64,000 nucleotides of DNA from an uncultured Acidobacteriota bacterium. Its GTDB lineage: Bacteria > Acidobacteriota > Terriglobia > UBA7540. Shown here piece by piece: positions 20,046 to 28,138 of this stretch. Location: NCBI GenBank assembly GCA_963804995.1, contig CAWDSK010000003.1, positions 1,408,001-1,472,000 of the forward strand, in the 5' to 3' direction. Numbering within the stretch: position 1 is the first letter of the stretch; every line of letters begins with the position of its first letter. The translations under genes and the position numbers were made by a program. The notes beneath the pieces were generated by a model. That model worked only from the letters and a program-made list of their open reading frames with translations. It was not told the origin of the DNA and made no database searches.

Positions 20046-21274
20046 AACTCACTCACCCTTCCTGGCGATGGTTGATGATCGCGCTGGCGTTCTTCGCCAC
20101 CACCATCAATTATCTGGACCGGCAAACGCTGTCGGTGACGGCGCCCGTCCTCATCGACCAGTTCCGCATGACCCACGAGACGTACTCGCGCGTGGTTTTC
20201 GCCTTCATGCTCGCCTACACGATTGCCAATGGCATTTCCGGTCCTCTCATCGACAGGTTGGGGACCCGGCTGGGATTCGCCCTGACCATGGCGTGGTGGT
20301 CTGGGGCCAGCATGTTGAAAGCCCTGGCGCGCGGGCCGTGGTCGCTGGGTGTTTACCAGTTCCTGCTGGGGCTGGGCGAGGCCGGCAATTGGCCGGCCAG
20401 CGTCAAAGTTGTGGCGGAGTGGTTTCCGGCGGAAGAGCGGGCGCTGGCTTCCGGAATCTTCAACAGCGGTTCCGCCGTGGGAGCCATCCTGGCGCCCCCC
20501 ATCGTGGTATGGATCTTGCTTCGTTACGGCTGGCGGCAGGCCTTCTTTTGGGTGGGATTGAGCGGCTTCGTCTGGATCGCGGTCTGGGCCTGGCTCTACC
20601 GAACTCCCCAAGGCATCATAAAAGAGGTAGCGCCCCCCAAGGTATCAACGTGGAAGTTATTTCGCACCCGGTTTGTCTGGACCTTCACGCTCTCCAAAGT
20701 TCTCCTGGATCCCGTGTGGTACTTTTATATCTTCTGGTTTCCGGAGTATCTCAGCCGCGCCCGCCATTTCAGCATGGCCAACATCGGGAAATACGCCTGG
20801 ATTCCCTTCGGAGTAGCGGGCCTCGGAAACCTTCTGGGTGGGTGGGTATCGGGTTGGATCCTGCGGCGGGGTTTTTCGCTGACCGTGGCTCGCAAGGGAG
20901 GAGTCACGCTGTTTGCTATTCTGATGACGAGCGCCATTCCTGCCGTTCTGGTCGAGGATGTGCGAACATCCATAGCGCTTGTTTCCGTCGCCATGCTCGG
21001 GTATACAGGGTGCTGTTCCATCATGCTGGCCTATCCTGCTGACATCTTCCCGAAGAACCTGGTGGGCTCGATCTGGGGAATCGCCAGCATGGGATCGGGT
21101 TTCGGCGGGATGATCTTCGCTCCCATCACGGGCTGGGTGGTCGACCACTTTTCCTTTACGCCCGTCTTTATTGGTTTCGGGGTCATGCCGCTGCTCTGCG
21201 CGGCCATCCTCTGGACCCTGGTAGGCCCCATTTCGCCCGCATCTTCAGGATTGGATTTGAAGGAGGTTCTATGA
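20042..21274 (+). CDS. MFS transporter, ACS family (ExuT-like hexuronate transporter)
   Basis: INYLDRQTLS, GLGEAGNWP, EWFP-x-x-ER, FYIFWFP; ATGA overlap with the upstream gene. Confidence 0.88.
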   Translation: MKLTHPSWRWLMIALAFFATTINYLDRQTLSVTAPVLIDQFRMTHETYSRVVFAFMLAYTIANGISGPLIDRLGTRLGFALTMAWWSGASMLKALARGPWSLGVYQFLLGLGEAGNWPASVKVVAEWFPAEERALASGIFNSGSAVGAILAPPIVVWILLRYGWRQAFFWVGLSGFVWIAVWAWLYRTPQGIIKEVAPPKVSTWKLFRTRFVWTFTLSKVLLDPVWYFYIFWFPEYLSRARHFSMANIGKYAWIPFGVAGLGNLLGGWVSGWILRRGFSLTVARKGGVTLFAILMTSAIPAVLVEDVRTSIALVSVAMLGYTGCCSIMLAYPADIFPKNLVGSIWGIASMGSGFGGMIFAPITGWVVDHFSFTPVFIGFGVMPLLCAAILWTLVGPISPASSGLDLKEVL

Positions 21275-22038
21275 CGCAGGAAAGTGAATTTCAGGGAATG
21301 ACGGCATTGGTTACCGGAGCGAGCCGCGGCATCGGCGCTGAAACCGCGGTCGCCCTGGCGGCGCACGGCGCTTTTACGCTCATCCACTACCACACGAGTG
21401 AACTGCATGCGGTCGCTGTACTCGAAAGGATTCGCCAAGCCGGGGGTGAGGGAGGGCTGCTTCAGGCTGATCTCAGTAGTTCGGAGGGCATCCATAAGTT
21501 CCTCGAGCTGCTCCATAAAACCGGGCGGCCTATTGACATTCTGGTTAACAATGCCGGCTCGCTGATCCAGCGCACTCCGTTCCTCGACCTGACGGAAGAA
21601 TTATGGAATCGCGTCTTCTTCCTTAACCTTACCAGCGCCTTTATGATCTCCCAGGCCGTGATCCGCGGCATGGTTGAGAGAAAGCGCGGCGTCATCGTCA
21701 ACCTTTCTTCCGCCGCCGCGCGCAATGGCGGAGGGATCGGCGCCACCGCCTATGCCGCTTCCAAGGGTGCGATGTCGCTCATGACGAAAGGGATGGCGAA
21801 GGAATTCGGCCCCCTCGGAATCCGCATCAACGCTGTCTCTCCCGGAGTCATTGACACGGATTACCACCGCAAGTTTTCGAGCGCCGCGGTCCTGGAAGGA
21901 GTCATCAAATCGACGCCCCTGGGTCGGCTGGGGGAATCGGACGAGGTCGCGGACGTGATTGTTTTTCTCTGCTCCGAAGGTGCGCGCTTCATCCAGGGCC
22001 AGGTCATCGAAATAAATGGCGGGCTCCTGATGGTTTGA
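21271..22038 (+). CDS. SDR family oxidoreductase
   Basis: TGASRGIG, NNAG, YAASK, and INGG at the C-terminus. Confidence 0.92.
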   Translation: MTQESEFQGMTALVTGASRGIGAETAVALAAHGAFTLIHYHTSELHAVAVLERIRQAGGEGGLLQADLSSSEGIHKFLELLHKTGRPIDILVNNAGSLIQRTPFLDLTEELWNRVFFLNLTSAFMISQAVIRGMVERKRGVIVNLSSAAARNGGGIGATAYAASKGAMSLMTKGMAKEFGPLGIRINAVSPGVIDTDYHRKFSSAAVLEGVIKSTPLGRLGESDEVADVIVFLCSEGARFIQGQVIEINGGLLMV

Positions 22039-22085
22039 GATCGGGGGCTAGGGGCTACTTGCACGCGGGGCGCCCGCGGTCGCAT

Positions 22086-22113
22086 TTGACGAATTCGCGA
22101 TCCCTGTTAAACT
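22086..22113 (+). promoter_or_regulatory. sigma70-type promoter of the TA operon
   Basis: TTGACG (22086-22091), 16-bp spacer, extended -10 TG-T-TAAACT (22105-22113). Confidence 0.55.
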
Positions 22114-22135
22114 AATAGCGAAGAGTAAGCTTCTG

Positions 22136-22441
22136 ATGACCGTCACCGTTAGAAACAAAACACCGTTGGTGGTACCCCGCGCGATTCGTCGCCGTGCCGG
22201 TTTCAAGGGCGGCGAGGAGTTGGAGGTGAAGGCTTCCGGTGGGGTCATCACGATACTCCCCAAATTGCCCACTGCTCGCGACGAGTACACGCCCGCCCAG
22301 CGCCGCGTCATCGATGCCCGTTTAGCCGAAGCCCGCAAGGGTCCTTATCATGGGCCGTTCAAAACCGCTGACGAAGCCATTCAGTTTGTCCGCAAAGAAA
22401 TCAAAAGCCGGAGAGGCAGCAAGCGCGGGACAGGAACCTAA
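22136..22441 (+). CDS. AbrB/MazE/SpoVT-family antitoxin
   Basis: N-terminal swapped-hairpin motif 'LVVPRAIRRRAGFKGGEELEV..G-x-ITILPK'; C-terminal 'A..G...GPF-x-TADE' tail. Confidence 0.8.
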   Translation: MTVTVRNKTPLVVPRAIRRRAGFKGGEELEVKASGGVITILPKLPTARDEYTPAQRRVIDARLAEARKGPYHGPFKTADEAIQFVRKEIKSRRGSKRGTGT

Positions 22442-22444
22442 TCG

Positions 22445-22690
22445 ATGAAGGTCGCTCTATCGGACCGTGCGATCGAATCATTGGCAGAGGCTCCACCCAG
22501 CGTCCAGCGGGCTTTTGAAAAGCAGATCCGGTTCTTAATGAACAACCTGCAGCATCCGTCCCTCCACGCTAAGAAATACGACGAATCCCGAAGCCTCTGG
22601 CAGGCGAGAGTTAACAAGGACTGGAGGTTCTACTTTAAAATTTCCGGTGACATCTACCTAGTCGAGGATGTCATTCCGCATCCAAAATAG
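22445..22690 (+). CDS. RelE/ParE-superfamily toxin
   Basis: 81 aa; HPSL-x-x-KK, W-x-ARVN-x-x-WR-x-YF and a terminal H; 3 bp after the antitoxin. Confidence 0.75.
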   Translation: MKVALSDRAIESLAEAPPSVQRAFEKQIRFLMNNLQHPSLHAKKYDESRSLWQARVNKDWRFYFKISGDIYLVEDVIPHPK

Positions 22691-22900
22691 CGGGTAGCGC
22701 AATGCCGCCAAGCCGTTGTGCCCGCATACACGCCAAAATACAGCACGTATGCGCCACCCGCAATAATTCCTCGTAATCGAGTCATCCTTCTGTGCAGACA
22801 ACCGTCCTCCGCAATGACGAAAAAACCACTTGCTTGTTCGCGTTGAAAAGGCGATAAATTTGGAGGGCAATAATAAGACAATCTCGCTTGAGGTGCCGCC

Positions 22901-23833
22901 GTGAAGCCGGACTCCGACCCTCCCCTTCCACGATCTCCCGATGATCCCGACAACCTTCGTCGCCTGCGCGAGGATGCCTTACGCCGCCTGGAAGATGAGG
23001 AGCGCCCATCCCCGGCCGCGGTGTATGGAGGACCGCCCCCGGTCGACAACCTACCAGCCCCAGTGTACGGCGGGCCGGCCCCGGTGTATGGCGGACCGCC
23101 CCCGGTCAACCGCCGGCGGACTCTGTGGGCACTTCTGCTGCTGGCGCTGGGCATGGTGGGGGCCTTCGTCGCCCGGCTGTTCAGAAGGCGCCGCATTGTC
23201 CCTGATGGGTATGGGCAGTCCAGGCCGCCGGCGCCGGTGTATGGAGGGCCTCCGATACCACCGCCGCAACCAACCCCGGTGCAGCCTGACGGCGGAGCGC
23301 AGACCTTGACCGGGGCCATACAAACTCACAATGGCCATTTGTTGACCGCCGTGAACGGTGGAGGACTCGGAGACCCCAAATCGGCGCCCCAGGGAGTGGC
23401 CCTCTCAACCGGTGCAACCACCGCCGGGCCCTTCGAGACATTTACGCTGGTTTGGGTGGATAAGTCTGCGAACACGTTTGCGCTAAAGACCCACGACGGC
23501 CACTTCGTCACTGCCGTGAAAGGCGGCGGCATCGGCGGACCTGACAGCGACCAATCTCCCGTTCATACGGACGTTACAGCGATCGGGCCTGAGGAAACGT
23601 TTACCATCACTCTGCTGGCCGACAACATCCACGCCACGATTCAGACAGCGGATGGCAGGCATTTCCTCAGCGCCGTCAACGGAGGAGGTGTGGGTGGTTC
23701 GAACCAAGTGCCCATTCACACCGATGCCACCACCATGGGAGCGGGGGCAGTATTCCAGCTTATCCTGGCTCGGCAGCCGGAGCGTATGCCGGCGCCCGTG
23801 TACGGAGGGCCGCCTCCCAAGCGTCCCGGCTAA
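22901..23833 (+). CDS. Membrane-anchored fascin-like beta-trefoil protein with five (A/P)VYGGP motifs; putative radical SAM (splicease) substrate
   Basis: GTG start with GAGGT RBS. VYGG codons at 23021, 23063, 23084, 23237 and 23798; TM helix TLWALLLLALGMVGAFVARLF; three repeats of (A/F)(I/L)xTxxG-x-(L/F)(L/V)(T/S)AV-x-GGG...(E/A)xF-x-(L/I). Confidence 0.75.
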   Translation: MKPDSDPPLPRSPDDPDNLRRLREDALRRLEDEERPSPAAVYGGPPPVDNLPAPVYGGPAPVYGGPPPVNRRRTLWALLLLALGMVGAFVARLFRRRRIVPDGYGQSRPPAPVYGGPPIPPPQPTPVQPDGGAQTLTGAIQTHNGHLLTAVNGGGLGDPKSAPQGVALSTGATTAGPFETFTLVWVDKSANTFALKTHDGHFVTAVKGGGIGGPDSDQSPVHTDVTAIGPEETFTITLLADNIHATIQTADGRHFLSAVNGGGVGGSNQVPIHTDATTMGAGAVFQLILARQPERMPAPVYGGPPPKRPG

Positions 23834-23913
23834 AGCTCCGCCCCCGGACTGATGCAGGATTGGCGGCCTGTCAAGCCCATCAAGACTCGCCCGACTAGTT
23901 TTTTTGAATTCCT

Positions 23914-25164
23914 ATGAAGCCTTTGCGCTACGTCTATGCCGTCTGGGAACTTACCCTGCAATGCAACCTCGGTTGTGTGCATTGCGGTTCACGGGCGGCA
24001 AAGGCACGCGCCGAGGAGCTTTCTACGGCTGAAGCTCTCAACCTGGTTCGGCAAATGCAAGAGGCCGGGGTCACGGAAGTTACGCTCATTGGTGGTGAGG
24101 CGTTTCTGAGGCCGGATTGGCTGGTCATCGTCAAGGCGATTCGCGAGGCGGGACTATCTTGCACACTCACCACGGGCGGGTATGGCATCTCCGCCACGAC
24201 CGCGGAGAACATGCGCGAAGCTGGGATTCAGCAAGTCTCCGTATCCATCGACGGCACGCGTGAAACACATGACTGGCTGCGCGGGAAAAACGGGTCTTGG
24301 GACGCTTGCTTTGCCACCTTGCGCCATCTGCGACGGGCGGCGATTCCAATTTCCTGCAATAGCCAGATTAACCGGCTTTCAGCGCCGGAGTTGCCTTTGA
24401 TCTACGCGGATATTGTTGAGGCCGGTTGCCGGGCGTGGCAGCTCGCCATGACCGTACCCATGGGGCGTGCGGCGGACCGGCCCGAAATCCTGTTACAGCC
24501 ATCGGAATTGCTGGAGGTGTTCCCGCTCCTGAACGAGCTTGCCGGTTGGGCCAAGCGCGACGGATTGCTTTTCTATCCTGGCAACAACATCGGATATTAC
24601 GGGCCCTATGAGCGGCGTCTGCGGAGTATGCAAGGGGCTGGCGCGATCTGGGCAGGCTGCCAGGCGGGTATGAATACCCTTGGCATTGAAGCCAATGGGG
24701 CCATTAAGGGTTGCCCTTCTCTGCCGACGTCGACCTATGTCGGAGGCAACATTCGAGAAAAACCGCTGCGGGAAATTCTTGACACCGCGGAGCTTGAAAT
24801 CAACGCGCACCAGGGAACGCCCCAGGGCGTCTCGCACTTGTGGGGCTTTTGCCGTAATTGCGAGTACGCGGAGTTGTGCCGCGGGGGCTGCACCTGGACT
24901 GCCCATGTTTTCTTCGGCCAACCAGGAAACAATCCGTATTGCCATCATCGAGCCCTGATGCGGAAAAAAGACGGCATGCGGGAGCGGCTGATTCTTGAAA
25001 CTCGCGCCCCGGGGGAGCCGTTTGACCACGGCAGATTCGCTCTCAAGGAAGAGCCCACCCGCGCACCTTGGCCGGACGAAGATCCCCACCGCTTTGTCGC
25101 GGATCGTATTCAGTGGTCGCGCTCTTCATCGGCGGCCAGCGCCGTGCTTCCCATTCTGGGTTAG
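23914..25164 (+). CDS. Radical SAM/SPASM peptide maturase, PlpX-like (Nif11-class maturase 3 / Y-X10-GDL-associated tyramine splicease family)
   Basis: YAVWELTLQCNLGCVHCGSRA (CxxxCxxC), GGEAFLRPDW, GNNIGYYGPYE, and SPASM cysteines CQAG..IKGCPSL..CRNC..CRGGCTWT-x-H..GNNPYCHHR. Confidence 0.85.
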   Translation: MKPLRYVYAVWELTLQCNLGCVHCGSRAAKARAEELSTAEALNLVRQMQEAGVTEVTLIGGEAFLRPDWLVIVKAIREAGLSCTLTTGGYGISATTAENMREAGIQQVSVSIDGTRETHDWLRGKNGSWDACFATLRHLRRAAIPISCNSQINRLSAPELPLIYADIVEAGCRAWQLAMTVPMGRAADRPEILLQPSELLEVFPLLNELAGWAKRDGLLFYPGNNIGYYGPYERRLRSMQGAGAIWAGCQAGMNTLGIEANGAIKGCPSLPTSTYVGGNIREKPLREILDTAELEINAHQGTPQGVSHLWGFCRNCEYAELCRGGCTWTAHVFFGQPGNNPYCHHRALMRKKDGMRERLILETRAPGEPFDHGRFALKEEPTRAPWPDEDPHRFVADRIQWSRSSSAASAVLPILG

Positions 25165-25167
25165 CGG

Positions 25168-25579
25168 GTAGCCACGGTGTCACCGCGGCTGAAAGTCCAC
25201 CAATCTTAATGGCGGGCGACTTTTTCTGACCGTGGGCTTTTCCCTCGATGCCACACCCCAAATCGATCGTGGCCGCAATGACTGCGTTCCCTGTGAGCGG
25301 GGGTAGCCACGGTCAGCGTTTTTTCTGACCGTGGGCTTTTCCCTCGATGCCACACCCCAAATCGATCGTGGCCACAATGACTGCGTTCCCTGTGGGCGGG
25401 GGTAGCCACGGTCAGCGTTTTTTCTGACCGTGGGTTCTTCTCAGCCACGATGCTCCAGCGGCAGGTCGTCAATCGGGATGGAACACGCCGCCACCGTTGC
25501 CCTGTACAAAGTAAGTTTGCCGTTACTCGACAACCGACAGGAAGGACCCACGGTCAGAAAATCGCTGACCGTGGCTACT
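25168..25579. repeat. BIME-like cluster: 99-bp tandem repeat containing GTAG-REP hairpins, plus an inverted copy
   Basis: CTGACCGTGGG recurs at 25226, 25325 and 25424 (period 99). Hairpin GTAGCCACGGTCAG-N-CTGACCGTGGG, with an inverted copy at about 25547-25578. Confidence 0.8.
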
Positions 25580-25657
25580 ATCTGCCTTTCCCGACTCCGT
25601 CGGGACTCGCACAAAGCGCTCGCTGCCTACTGGTCTTCCATGTCGCTTATTAATGCA

Positions 25658-26527
25658 CTAGAGACCCGCGGCCTTAAGGAACTCTTCTGCGATTTCAGGG
25701 GTGGGTGCCACGATGAAGGGTTGCTTCTTGACGGTCCAAACCGGCGGGCGGCGGTCAACTCCCCAAACGGTCATGCCGGCTTCCTCCGCAATCACCTGGG
25801 GCGGAATCAAATCGAGCTCATCGCCCGCCCCGAAGTTCGCGTAGACGTGCTGGCCGCCCAGGATGGTCATCATCACGTTGCCGCCTGCCCCGCCCGTGCC
25901 GGTGGTGGAAGCGATAATCCCGGCCTCGTAAACTCTTATGGTGCGGTCCCGCTCGGCAGGAGTCATCTTCGTGCTGAACGGAACGCAGGAGACGTAGGTC
26001 CGGGTCTTCGGCAAGACTCTCCTGGTAAGGCGGCGCGCCTCGGCAAAGTCGAAAGTATTCCCCCTAAACAACGATCGGCGCACGAACGCGCCCTGGCCAC
26101 GAATGGCGAACGCCATCCGCCCGACGCATTCCTCCGCTTCCTCCAAAGGAAGGTAAACCTCCGGCTGGAAGACGACGCCCACCCGTGGCACTCCTTCTTC
26201 CACATAATGGGCCTGGACAGAATACAGGTTGCCGCCGGCCGCGAAGTGATTGGTCCCATCGAGCGGATCGGCCCCAACCTTCTTATTACTGGGAGCGCCG
26301 AAGCTGCCGGACTCTTCGAGCTGGAACGTAATGGCCGGGCCGATCTGTGGCAGTCGCTCTCGAAACACCGCAAGAATCGCGGCGTCCGAACGCTTGTCCG
26401 CCGTGGTCACGAGTTCCTTCGCGTCCTTATACTCGGCCACCATTGATCCCGTGCGCTTTACCATAAGCACCTGAACCGCGCCCAGCGTGACCGCTGCCGT
26501 CAGCACATCCAGAATTTCTTCGAACAT
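25658..26527 (-). CDS. Inositol monophosphatase family protein
   Basis: LVTTAD, EE, DPLDGTNHF and I-x-EEAG motifs. Confidence 0.85.
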   Translation of the reverse strand: MFEEILDVLTAAVTLGAVQVLMVKRTGSMVAEYKDAKELVTTADKRSDAAILAVFRERLPQIGPAITFQLEESGSFGAPSNKKVGADPLDGTNHFAAGGNLYSVQAHYVEEGVPRVGVVFQPEVYLPLEEAEECVGRMAFAIRGQGAFVRRSLFRGNTFDFAEARRLTRRVLPKTRTYVSCVPFSTKMTPAERDRTIRVYEAGIIASTTGTGGAGGNVMMTILGGQHVYANFGAGDELDLIPPQVIAEEAGMTVWGVDRRPPVWTVKKQPFIVAPTPEIAEEFLKAAGL

Positions 26528-26570
26528 GGCGTAAGAGCCTCTCTCTCGGAAGCTGTAGGAAAATCCCGTT

Positions 26571-26714
26571 GTAGCAGCGGGTTTACCCCGCCATGTGGCG
26601 AGGTGAACTCGCCGCTACGTACTGGCGTGGCGAGGTGAACTCGCCGCTACGTACTGGCGTGGCGAGGTAAACTCGCCGCTACGTGCTGCGGTGGCGAGGT
26701 AAACTCGCCGCTAC
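26571..26714. repeat. GTAG-REP array: one inverted copy plus four direct copies at 32-bp period
   Basis: TGGCGAGGT(G/A)AACTCGCCGCTAC starts at 26596, 26628, 26660 and 26692; inverted variant at 26571-26593. Confidence 0.85.
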
Positions 26715-26832
26715 ATCAAACTGACCCACCGCCCCCGCGAATAGTCTCTTTTTAACGGGCCAAAAGTAAAGTAAAGTATTCACCCATTGGGCGGGCTACA
26801 TTCAACAAAATGCTTTGAGAGGAGGCAACAAA

Positions 26833-27873
26833 ATGGACAGAAGGCAATTTGTAAAGGGATCTGCGGCGGGGATGGGCGCTTTGGCCAGCGGGCTGGGCAT
26901 CAAGAACCTCGAAGCCGCGCCAGTCGCCGCGCCACGAGTGGTCCCCGCAGCTCCCACGGGCGACAAGATTGGGCGGCCGGTTCGAGTGGTCAGCATCGCG
27001 TTCACCGATGGCCATCCTCTGAATCAGATCGCTGAGTTGGTGGACCAGGAAGGCGCACGCGGTACGGACCTCATCGCGCTGCCCGAGACTTGTCAAGGTC
27101 AGCACGAAAAGAGTCAAGAACCCCTGGACGGCCCGACCATCACGACCATCTCCCGCTTGGCAAAGAAGCATCAGACCTACATTGTCTGCCCCATCGACCG
27201 CGTCACGAATGGACAGCGCTTCAACTCGGCCGTGTTCATCGACCGTGAGGGGCGCGTGGCCGGCATTTACGACAAGCTCTACCCCGTCTGGCAATCGGAG
27301 TGCATGGTGCGGAAAGTTAATCCCGGGGACTCCGCCACCGTCTGCCAAACTGATTTTGGGCGCGTGGGCTTTGCCATTTGCTTTGACGTGAATTGGGTCG
27401 ACCTGTGGGAGCGCATGGCGAATCAAGGGGCGGAACTGGTGATTTGGCCAAGCGCTTACTCCGCAGGCCGCACGCTCGGGGCGCGCGCCGTTAATTACAA
27501 CTATTACATCGTCAGTTGCACCTGGATCCCCGACTGCCTCGTTTTCGATATCGATGGCGAGCAACTTGTGCACGAAGAAAATAATCGCGGTAACGGCGTC
27601 AACGTCACCCGAACTACGCTGGATTTGGACCGCTGCATTTTCCATCTGGACCTCAACTCTCCTGAAAAGCGAACTAAGTTGCTGACCGAGCACGCCGAGG
27701 ACGTCGCGCTGGATAAGGATCTGCGGCTGGAATCCTGGTTTGTGCTGAAAGCCAAGCGGCCGGGTGTGAGCGCGCGCGAATTGTCCCGACAGTATGGGAT
27801 GGAGGAACTGCGCTCCTACGTGAACCGCGTCCGTTGCGAGATCGATAAGTGCAGAGGGTGGGAGTTTTCCTAG
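26833..27873 (+). CDS. Carbon-nitrogen hydrolase (nitrilase superfamily) with Tat leader
   Basis: MDRRQFVK leader; catalytic E (LPE), K (YDK) and C (AICFD); GGAGG RBS. Confidence 0.88.
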   Translation: MDRRQFVKGSAAGMGALASGLGIKNLEAAPVAAPRVVPAAPTGDKIGRPVRVVSIAFTDGHPLNQIAELVDQEGARGTDLIALPETCQGQHEKSQEPLDGPTITTISRLAKKHQTYIVCPIDRVTNGQRFNSAVFIDREGRVAGIYDKLYPVWQSECMVRKVNPGDSATVCQTDFGRVGFAICFDVNWVDLWERMANQGAELVIWPSAYSAGRTLGARAVNYNYYIVSCTWIPDCLVFDIDGEQLVHEENNRGNGVNVTRTTLDLDRCIFHLDLNSPEKRTKLLTEHAEDVALDKDLRLESWFVLKAKRPGVSARELSRQYGMEELRSYVNRVRCEIDKCRGWEFS

Positions 27874-28138
27874 GGGGGATTGCCCATCTTAGCGAACACA
27901 GTGATCTGAGCGGGGGCGGTTCGAGCAAACCGCCCCTGCTTCTGTTGCCCGCCGATTCAGGCTCGGCGGCGCGAGCTTTCCGACTCGATTTCTGCGGCTC
28001 CGGGACCTTTTTTTGTCAATGTGGGACATGTCCCACTTGTTACTCTCCGCGCGGCATAGCGCGCGACGTCCCACCAACTTCCCCATCCTTATGCGTTTTT
28101 TTCCTATGACTTTTGATGGGTGGTTCCGCCGCACTGCG

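Noticed and set aside
23914..25164. PqqE, NirJ or anaerobic sulfatase maturase assignment for the radical SAM enzyme (given the PQQ enzymes and sulfatase-like gene in the window)
   Set aside because: No pqqA-D genes are adjacent. The GNNIGY, KGCPSL and GNNPYC signatures plus the neighbouring YG-repeat ORF fit the PlpX-like group better.
25221..25434. CRISPR array, or coding repeat ORFs 25180-25377 and 25206-25472
   Set aside because: The 'spacers' are duplicates of each other (99-bp tandem), and the ORFs are translations of the repeat.
26571..26714. CRISPR array (four 23-bp palindromic repeats at regular spacing)
   Set aside because: The spacers are only 9 bp and nearly identical, the unit is dispersed and inverted elsewhere in the window, and there are no cas genes. 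It is a REP array.
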